A DNA stretch of 64,000 nucleotides, from contig JBMORM010000010.1 in NCBI GenBank assembly GCA_049322675.1, positions 19,028-83,027 of the forward strand. The letters run 5' to 3'. The stretch is from Patescibacteria group bacterium. GTDB lineage: Bacteria > Patescibacteriota > JAHJAL01. Positions within the stretch are counted from its first letter, which is position 1; each line of letters starts with the position of its first letter. A model generated the notes under the pieces. The model was not told the DNA's origin. It ran no database searches and saw nothing but the letters and a program-made list of their open reading frames with translations. Below, piece after piece: positions 57,484 through 64,000 of this stretch. A program made the position numbers and the translations under genes.

Positions 57484-57736
57484 GTATGGTATGTGATTTC
57501 AGGGTGGGGTTTTGGGGCGTTTTTTCATTGACAGATTGCGTTTTCGATGGTATGTTCGCGTTAACCATTAAATAAAATTTTTAAAGAAATTTTGAGAGGT
57601 GGTGAACATTAAAAATTAGCAACTCCGACGACGTTTTTGGGAATTTTGACGTCTCGGAGAAAAAATTAGGAAAGTTTCCTATTCCTGCATGCCGACAGGA
57701 AGAAAAAATAACATGGCATATATTTTTTGAGAGGAT

Positions 57737-59407
57737 GTGAGAAAAATGACGAGAGTCATTTTTTTGTTTTTTGTATTAACATACTTAGGTTTTTCTTTGA
57801 TAGGTTGCGGCGGAGGATCTGGAACGGGGGCGGATGTGAATGTAAACACTCCAGTTCCCTTGGCTACCGCTACGCCGTTAAACCAATTAACTACGACAAT
57901 AAGCGGAATTTTTTTAATGAGGGATAAGACTACTCCACAAAATGACCCAAATATGGTTGTACTTATCCAAAGTTCTTCTATAAATTCAAGCGCCATTCAA
58001 ACAAATTATAATGTTCTTGTTCACATAAATAATCTTGGAAAGTTTACATCTGCAGGAGCTCCTTATGGAACATTATTTTTTTATGGATGGCCAAGCTCTG
58101 TTGCTTATAACAATGATGCACAAAAGAATCAGTTTGTTTGTTCGTCAAAGTTTGAAGCTACAGGACCAGAATTAGCTGTTGTACTTGTTGAGGGTGAATT
58201 TATTCAGGGGAATCCAACCCCTGTCTCCACGCCAACAGCAAATCCAATTATGACCCCGACTCCCACAGGCACGACAACGCCTCCAACTACTACCCCAACA
58301 ACAGTTCCTACAACTTTGCCCACTCCGAATGGGGCACAAGTTGTTGTTTCTGGGTTGCCAATCGGGGCAGTTATTGAGGTGTTGCCTAAGATTGATATTT
58401 CTGGTTACAACTGGGTTGAGTTTTCTCCAGCTGACAAGGTCAGCGGAGACGATCATAGATATCGATTGAATTTTACTGCCCCATCTCCTTTGATTTCTGG
58501 AACAGCTGGTAATAGTGGGGTGGTAAATATTAATGGATTAACTGTTGGAAACTATTACAATGTCAGAGTCATGGATAGCTCTGGCAAAATTATTGGTAAT
58601 TTTTATTTTCAGACGGTAGCGGGAAATAACAGTTTTACATATCCGTCAGGAAATAAAAGAACTGTTCGTTTTTATATTAACCAAAAGACAAATACCACGA
58701 CCGAAAGATTAGTGGATTTGTCTAAGTGCACAGTATATCTTCAAATGAACAATGGGTCAGCGTGGTATTCCGAATGCTACTGGCAGGATTACTCGGACAC
58801 AAAGGGATACTACGTTGATTTTCAGGGGATGGGCACTGGAGCCGGAACGGTGAACTTTTGGCTGGTTGACAAATTTGGAAACAATATTGGGTCCAATACA
58901 GTTTATGTCAATATTGGTTCCAGTACTTCCAAAGTAACCATTCCGATGACTGACTTCCAACCCATGGGTGACCAATTTATGGAAGACCCCAATGGGGTTG
59001 ACCATTTTGGCAATGGGTCAGCTGTCAGCGGAGGCTGGAACTGGCCAGTAACTGCAGTTTCCAGCGATAAGTATTTTTGGCAGAAGACAAGTGGATACAC
59101 TTTTTCAACTTCAAGGTTGGTAGCAGTGAAAATTAAGTGTAGTCCATTGTCTCGAAACCAGACAGAAACCCTGATCTTCCGGTCTGACATCACAGGCGCC
59201 GCTGGCGTCTGGTACTATCGCGGAGTTAGGGAAAAGGATTTTTATGCGGGAAATGATTATGTAATTATAATCTTTCCAGCAGAAGCTGGCACAAATTATA
59301 AGATAAGCCAGTTGGCGACTTCAGGATATCTGGGAGGCGTCACAATCAACTGGGTGAGTATCTTCCAGATCATGACCGTCGTTGCCGGAAATCCCGAATA
59401 TCAATAA
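57737..59407 (+). CDS. Lipoprotein with Thr/Pro-rich linker (hypothetical, 556 aa)
   Basis: Signal plus lipobox MRKMTRVIFLFFVLTYLGFSLIGC|GGGSG. Linker PTPTGTTTPPTTTPTTVPTTLPTP. No recognisable catalytic motif. Confidence 0.7.
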   Translation: MRKMTRVIFLFFVLTYLGFSLIGCGGGSGTGADVNVNTPVPLATATPLNQLTTTISGIFLMRDKTTPQNDPNMVVLIQSSSINSSAIQTNYNVLVHINNLGKFTSAGAPYGTLFFYGWPSSVAYNNDAQKNQFVCSSKFEATGPELAVVLVEGEFIQGNPTPVSTPTANPIMTPTPTGTTTPPTTTPTTVPTTLPTPNGAQVVVSGLPIGAVIEVLPKIDISGYNWVEFSPADKVSGDDHRYRLNFTAPSPLISGTAGNSGVVNINGLTVGNYYNVRVMDSSGKIIGNFYFQTVAGNNSFTYPSGNKRTVRFYINQKTNTTTERLVDLSKCTVYLQMNNGSAWYSECYWQDYSDTKGYYVDFQGMGTGAGTVNFWLVDKFGNNIGSNTVYVNIGSSTSKVTIPMTDFQPMGDQFMEDPNGVDHFGNGSAVSGGWNWPVTAVSSDKYFWQKTSGYTFSTSRLVAVKIKCSPLSRNQTETLIFRSDITGAAGVWYYRGVREKDFYAGNDYVIIIFPAEAGTNYKISQLATSGYLGGVTINWVSIFQIMTVVAGNPEYQ

Positions 59408-59536
59408 CACATATCAACATACAAGCAAGGCGATCCCCCGGCCTTTAACTGGGGGAATTTTTTTGTCCGGAAATGGGGGGAATATTATTGGGGCGGGTTT
59501 TTTGAAACCGGTCTTTTTTTTGTGGGGTTTTTCCCG

Positions 59537-59687
59537 TCGTAGGGGCGAGGTCTCCTCGCCCCTACATGTTTATTTTTCTTTTTTCAGGTCAAACCCGATG
59601 AAGGGCGGGGAAACCCCGCCCCTACGATTTTGGGCGGACATATACAATCGGGCAGACACGTGGGTCCGCCCCTACGGGGACAAACGC
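59537..59687. repeat. REP-like palindrome cluster (same composite order as 3338 and 6097 clusters)
   Basis: cgtaggggcgaggtctcctcgcccctaca; gggcggggaaaccccgcccctacga; gggcggacatatacaatcgggcagacacgtgggtccgcccctacgggg. Confidence 0.85.
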
Positions 59688-59737
59688 GGGGGGGGGTGGT
59701 GGTGGGGGTTTTGGGGATTTGGGGTATAATTGGGGAA

Positions 59738-59866
59738 TGAGAGAAATTTCCAATTCTCAATTTCCAATTTCCAAAAAATGTCCAATTTCCAATTATCAAA
59801 CTAAATAACATTGGAAATTGTGCCTTGGAAATTTATTGGAAACTGGTCATTGGAAATTGGAAATTT
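59738..59866. repeat. Family-2 heptad-repeat dyad element upstream of rlmN
   Basis: gaaatttccaattctcaatttccaatttccaaaaaatgtccaatttccaattatcaaactaaataacattggaaattgtgccttggaaatttattggaaactggtcattggaaattggaaatttgtc. Confidence 0.8.
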
Positions 59867-59914
59867 GTCAATCAAGCTGATAGACAATTGATAATTTAAT
59901 GAAATAAGAAAAAG

Positions 59915-61150
59915 ATGTTTTCCGAAATTATTAAACAACAGGGGTGGAGTAAGTACCGCGAGAAGCAGATCAATCGCGGGGTTTTTGTGGAACTTGTAAA
60001 TAATTGGCAGGAGATTACTAGTTTACCGAGGGAGATTCGGGATTATTTGGACGATAATGTGCCGTTTTGTTCTTTGAAACTGGTGCGGGAACAGGTAAGT
60101 AAAAATAACGATACGGTGAAAGCATTATTTGAATTGGCGGATGGTAATATGATCGAATCGGTGCTGATGATGCATGCGGACCGCAATACGGTGTGCGTGT
60201 CCAGTCAGGTCGGGTGTCCGGTGGGTTGCACGTTTTGCGCCACCGGGGCGATGGGATTCAAGAGAAATTTAACCAGTCGGGAGATTGTGGATCAGGTGTT
60301 GTGGTGGGCGCGGAAGGCGAGAAATTTCCAATTTCCAAATCCCAGTTTCAAAAAAATTTCCAATGACCAAACAGATACCGTAGGGGCGACCCTTGCGGTC
60401 GCCCGGAATGGGGATATCGTCGGGGCGGATCAATGCGTTCGTCCGGATTTATCGTCCGTAGGGGCGGGGTCTCCCCGCCCATCCATGGATATTTTTCGGG
60501 CAAATATTTCCCGGGTAAATGGCAATACCGCCAAGGGCGGGGAGACCCCGCCCCAACGAGTTAATAATATCGTATTCATGGGGATGGGGGAACCGATGAT
60601 GAATTTGGAGAATGTGGCTGATGCGATAACTGTTTTGACGGACAAAGAGAAATTTGGGATTAGTAAGAGGAAAATTACCATTTCGACCAGCGGATATATT
60701 GCCAATTTGGATAAATTGTTGAAACAATTTCCGCATATTGGACTGGCAATCAGTTTGCATGCGCCGACGCAAGAGTTGCGGGAAAAAATCATGCCGACAG
60801 CGGCAAAAAATAATCCGTTGGATAAATTGATTGATCTGGTAGCAGATTATTCTCGCAAGACGAAACGGAGGGTGAGTTTTGAATATATACTGATTGAAAA
60901 GGTCAATGACGACTTGATTCAGGCGCAACAATTGGCAAAATTGTTGTCAAATAAAGGTTTTCTTTTTCATGTCAATTTGATAGCATTTAATGCGGACAAA
61001 AAAAATGGCGCGCAAAAATACTCTCGACCAAACAGCCAGCGGGTGAATTTTTTTCGAGATGAACTGATCAAACTGAAAGTGCCGGTATCGATCAGATCCA
61101 GCATGGGTGAGGATATCGCCGCCGCCTGCGGACAATTGGCCAATAACTGA
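59915..61150 (+). CDS. rlmN: 23S rRNA (adenine2503-C2)/tRNA methyltransferase RlmN (radical SAM) with a ~240-nt in-frame repeat insertion
   Basis: 411 aa. The radical-SAM cluster is CVSSQVGCPVGCTFCATGAMGFKRNLTSREIVDQV. Downstream are NIVFMGMGEPMMNLENV, ITISTSGY, LAISLHAPTQELREKIMP and FEYILIEKVNDD. Between WWARKA and NNIVFMGMGEP lie about 80 extra aa (RNFQFPNPSFKKISNDQTDTVGATLAVARNGDIVGADQCVRPDLSSVGAGSPRPSMDIFRANISRVNGNTAKGGETPPQRV) encoded by family-2 heptads plus three REP units. Confidence 0.85.
   Translation: MFSEIIKQQGWSKYREKQINRGVFVELVNNWQEITSLPREIRDYLDDNVPFCSLKLVREQVSKNNDTVKALFELADGNMIESVLMMHADRNTVCVSSQVGCPVGCTFCATGAMGFKRNLTSREIVDQVLWWARKARNFQFPNPSFKKISNDQTDTVGATLAVARNGDIVGADQCVRPDLSSVGAGSPRPSMDIFRANISRVNGNTAKGGETPPQRVNNIVFMGMGEPMMNLENVADAITVLTDKEKFGISKRKITISTSGYIANLDKLLKQFPHIGLAISLHAPTQELREKIMPTAAKNNPLDKLIDLVADYSRKTKRRVSFEYILIEKVNDDLIQAQQLAKLLSNKGFLFHVNLIAFNADKKNGAQKYSRPNSQRVNFFRDELIKLKVPVSIRSSMGEDIAAACGQLANN
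60320..60560. repeat. Composite repeat insertion (family-2 heptads + 3 REP palindromes) lying in-frame inside rlmN
   Basis: gagaaatttccaatttccaaatcccagtttcaaaaaaatttccaatgaccaaac... gtaggggcgacccttgcggtcgcccgg ... gtaggggcggggtctccccgcccatcc ... gggcggggagaccccgcccc. Length is about 241 nt (a multiple of 3 within error), with no stop in the gene frame. Confidence 0.8.
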
Positions 61151-61165
61151 TTAAATCTATATATT

Positions 61166-61687
61166 ATGACATTGAAGGCAAAAGAGAAAATTTCGTTTCA
61201 AATGGATGAATCGAAAATAGATCGGTTCAAATATCGAGACTATAATCCGGAGATTGTTGAGGAAAACGAAAAAACAATTATTATTTATCGAGGGTATCAC
61301 TGGTGCAAATATGAAAAAAATACCGATCCGGAGTTTTTGAGAGAGAAAAAGAGTTATAATTATGGGTTGCTTTACAATAATTTTGATATTTGGTTGTCAA
61401 AAAATTATTTTCATAAAGAGACTTTAAACAGATGCGATATTGAGAGAATCAGGGCGGAGCTGAGAACTATTATGGAATTGCTGAGTTTTGTCAAAGCTTC
61501 GACTATGCCTTTTCAAAAAAGACTGAATAGAGCGGTCGAGGTGTATCGAAAAAATATTTGCGACTACCAGAAAAATCCCAGCGAATTTGTAGATGATATT
61601 GTTGACTGCCAAAAAAGTTTAGATTTGTTGTGTGCGGCTCAGTCTGAATATTATTATTTGCGCAAGGAATTATTGCTGGGAAAATAG
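61166..61687 (+). CDS. Hypothetical protein (173 aa)
   Basis: ORF only. Its 3' end overlaps the convergent 61670..63181 gene by 18 nt. Confidence 0.45.
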   Translation: MTLKAKEKISFQMDESKIDRFKYRDYNPEIVEENEKTIIIYRGYHWCKYEKNTDPEFLREKKSYNYGLLYNNFDIWLSKNYFHKETLNRCDIERIRAELRTIMELLSFVKASTMPFQKRLNRAVEVYRKNICDYQKNPSEFVDDIVDCQKSLDLLCAAQSEYYYLRKELLLGK

Positions 61688-63181
61688 ATAAAGATGCGAA
61701 TATCGGTTGATTTCTGATTGCCAGAGGAGAGAATAATTTTTTTCAATGTATTCCAAAAGGGCCGGTTCGAGTCGATCACGGGCCATTTGGTCGTACAAAA
61801 TATAGGTTTTTTTGGTGGAAGAGAGTTTTTTTAATTCCTCCAGATTGTTGATAGTGGGGGCATTGGCATAAATTTCCCTTCCTGATGATCCGACATATTT
61901 GTCAGGGTTATTTTTACCGAGGTAATCAAAGGCTAGCCAGTATCCGGGCTGGTTTAGATATATTTTGGTCAAATTGGGATAGGCGGAAATCACAATATCT
62001 TCAGCTTGCAGATTGGATTTGATTTTGGCGTAGCCGGCGGCGAAATCCGGTTGGGGGGTGTAGGAGAGATAGGTTTTGGTCGAAGATATTGGACTTGATT
62101 CGAGGGCGTAGAAAGATTGTGGGATTAGAATTAATTCCTTGGTTAGGAAGAGGGAGAGGAGAACAGCTAAGAAAAAAATGATTTTTACTGTTGCTGACTT
62201 TATTTGTAGGTAAATTTTTTCAATAAGGATGGCGGAGATGATAAATAATATCGGGGTGAAGATAAATAGGTAGCGGAAGATGAGATTTTTGAAGAAGAAA
62301 CTGAAGATGATAAATGGCAGGAGAAAAATTAATAATATAAAAATATGGGGGCGATCGGCTTTTTTATTGGTAAATAACCAGATTGAGCCAACGATGGTTA
62401 AAATGGAAAAAATTGGCCAGGAGTGGGCGAAAAATTCTAGAAATGATGGGAGGTAAAAGTTGAATGCCAGATTATTTTTGATCAAATTGATGGGACTAAA
62501 GATGGTTTGAGGGAGAAAGAAATGGAGAACTTCCAAGAAAATTGGGGCAAAAATCAATAACAATAACCCGGGTTTTTTGTGCTGGCTGGGGAAATATATG
62601 AGCCAGAATAGGAAATAGATGGGTATGAGTAATAAGGCGACGGGGTGAAAGATGGTGGCGATTGATAAAAATAATATCGACCGCAACAAGTCTTTAGTAT
62701 TTTTTAACGTAATTAATTTCCAGAAAAAGTAGACGGAGAGCCAGGCAAAAAGTTCGACAAAGATATACATGCGGATTTGCCGAGACCAAGCGATTTGCCA
62801 AAAAGAGAAACCGACAAAGATGGCGGCCAATATTCCGGTAAAGCGGTTGAATAATTTTTTAACAATATAATAAAATACCAAAATAAATAGAGTGCCAACG
62901 ATGACACTGGGTAACCTTAAGAAAAATAGATCGAGACCAAATATTTTTATGACGCCGGCGAGTAGATAGGTATGAGGAAAAGCACCCCAATAATTGGCGC
63001 CGCTATCAAGAACAGGGATTCCTTTGGTCAAAATTGACAAGGCAGCGTTGAGAGTATAACCCTCATCCATCCAGAGACTGGGAGAGGAGAGTTGGTAGAG
63101 GCGGAGGGAGAGAGCGAGGATCAATATGATTATTATCAAAATCATGGGCCATGGGAAGTGATTGAGGTGTTTTTTTGTCAT
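61670..63181 (-). CDS. GT-C family glycosyltransferase (ArnT/PMT-like, GT39/GT83-type) integral membrane protein
   Basis: Start set at Met 63181. The ORF-track start 63235 lies inside the heptad repeat. The N-terminal loop LRLYQLSSPSLWMDEGYTLNAALSIL carries the conserved D-E/Y of ArnT/PMT-type enzymes. About 11 TM helices and a C-terminal soluble domain. Confidence 0.7.
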   Translation of the reverse strand: MTKKHLNHFPWPMILIIIILILALSLRLYQLSSPSLWMDEGYTLNAALSILTKGIPVLDSGANYWGAFPHTYLLAGVIKIFGLDLFFLRLPSVIVGTLFILVFYYIVKKLFNRFTGILAAIFVGFSFWQIAWSRQIRMYIFVELFAWLSVYFFWKLITLKNTKDLLRSILFLSIATIFHPVALLLIPIYFLFWLIYFPSQHKKPGLLLLIFAPIFLEVLHFFLPQTIFSPINLIKNNLAFNFYLPSFLEFFAHSWPIFSILTIVGSIWLFTNKKADRPHIFILLIFLLPFIIFSFFFKNLIFRYLFIFTPILFIISAILIEKIYLQIKSATVKIIFFLAVLLSLFLTKELILIPQSFYALESSPISSTKTYLSYTPQPDFAAGYAKIKSNLQAEDIVISAYPNLTKIYLNQPGYWLAFDYLGKNNPDKYVGSSGREIYANAPTINNLEELKKLSSTKKTYILYDQMARDRLEPALLEYIEKNYSLLWQSEINRYSHLYLFSQQ

Positions 63182-63187
63182 AATATT

Positions 63188-63366
63188 TAGTGAAAATTTC
63201 CAATTTCCAAGGCGCAATTTCCAATAAATGATCAATTTCCAATTTCCAGGTGAAATACTAAAACCATTATTCGTATTATTCGAAAATCTAATTTGTTTGG
63301 AAATTGCCAGCAGCAGTTCGGTCCCGTGAGGGAAAAATTTTTTGGAAATTGGAAATTGTGAATTGG
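63188..63366. repeat. Family-2 heptad-repeat dyad element (full length)
   Basis: aaatttccaatttccaaggcgcaatttccaataaatgatcaatttccaatttccagg...aatttgtttggaaattgccagcagcagttcggtcccgtgagggaaaaattttttggaaattggaaattgtgaattggaaattttt. Confidence 0.8.
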
Positions 63367-63542
63367 AAATTTTTTTTCCTTGTCTAAATTATAAATGATC
63401 CCTGGGCTTTACGGCAGAGATATTTTTGTGGTAATATGAATTAAATAATGTGTACCTTAAAAATTAGGGTTTCAGACGAAATTTTTGAAAATCATGTTTT
63501 TAATTATATTAATTTTCTTTTATTCTTTAAATGAGGTTTGTA

Positions 63543-64000
63543 ATGATAAAAAATAAATTGACAATGGTATTGTCGATTGCGGTTATCGCCGCGTTGACCG
63601 CAGTATCTTTGTTTGATGTCAGAAAAGGTTTTGGTTATGGCGGGGGCGGAGGTGGTTCATCTCAACCCAGCGCGACAATAACCTTGAGCAGTCCAAATGG
63701 CGGAGAGCTTTGGGGTGCTGGTACTACACATTCGGTTGACTGGACGACTACCGGCGGAACCTTGATTTCAAATGTCAAAGTGGAATATTCAACCGATGGC
63801 GGTAACAATTATTCGACATTGACAGAAAATACACCAAATACCGGAACTTTCAGTTGGGCAATTGCCGAGGGAGTTGATTCTTCACAAGTTCGAGTTCGAG
63901 TGAAGGGACTCAATACTGGCGGCGGTTTGATGGCGACAGACACTTCGGACAATAATTTTACTATTACAGAAAATGTCGTAAAACCGGAAGCTCCTACCAG
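63543..64000 (+). CDS. Secreted Gly/Thr-rich protein, 5' part (runs off window end)
   Basis: Signal peptide MIKNKLTMVLSIAVIAALTAVSLF, then GFGYGGGGGGSSQPSATITLSSPNGGELWGAGTTHSVDWTTTGG.... The frame is open to the window end. Confidence 0.55.
   Translation, partial: MIKNKLTMVLSIAVIAALTAVSLFDVRKGFGYGGGGGGSSQPSATITLSSPNGGELWGAGTTHSVDWTTTGGTLISNVKVEYSTDGGNNYSTLTENTPNTGTFSWAIAEGVDSSQVRVRVKGLNTGGGLMATDTSDNNFTITENVVKPEAPT

Overview
Read by eye, this is an AT-rich bacterial window with a streamlined-genome look; a Candidate Phyla Radiation (Patescibacteria)-like origin is my inference only. Read left to right, the window contains the following.

- Housekeeping genes: aspS, trxB, groES-groEL, tRNA-Val(GAC), and rlmN.
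- Secreted and surface proteins: two secreted proteins sharing an N-terminal Ig-like domain, one with a PF09826-type beta-propeller and one with a chagasin-like I42 inhibitor domain, plus a 1000-aa subtilase (S8) with five C-terminal repeats.
- Two paralogous Cys-rich zinc-ribbon proteins.
- A plus-strand cluster from 19.1 to 37.8 kb: an ECF sigma factor; an 1855-aa membrane-anchored alpha-2-macroglobulin-like protein carrying a 129-aa Hint/intein-like insertion and a degenerate thioester site; two giant proteins of 1449 and 1533 aa, one with a transglutaminase-like core; a small membrane protein; and a membrane-anchored ClpC-like AAA+ ATPase.
- A minus-strand surface-glycan locus from 38.7 to 50.7 kb: a Dol-P-Man-synthase-like GT2, two large polytopic (GT-C-like) membrane proteins, a SAM methyltransferase, an exosortase/archaeosortase-like protein, and a processive GT2 synthase (QxxRW) fused to an FN3/Cys-rich ectodomain that ends in a PEP-CTERM-like sorting signal.

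Three repeat families saturate the intergenic space.

- GC-rich REP palindromes (GTAGGGGCGRG-N-CYCGCCCCTAC) with a cognate IS200-like/RAYT transposase at 56.8 kb.
- A roughly 125-bp double-hairpin MITE-like element with about 35-bp terminal inverted repeats, present in 7 copies, one of them between groES and groEL.
- Dyad-symmetric arrays of GGAAATT/AATTTCCAA heptads upstream of many genes.

REP and heptad repeats are also inserted in-frame inside two coding sequences, rlmN and the RAYT gene itself, which is reminiscent of Rickettsia palindromic elements. All calls come from reading the sequence and its translations; no database search was run.
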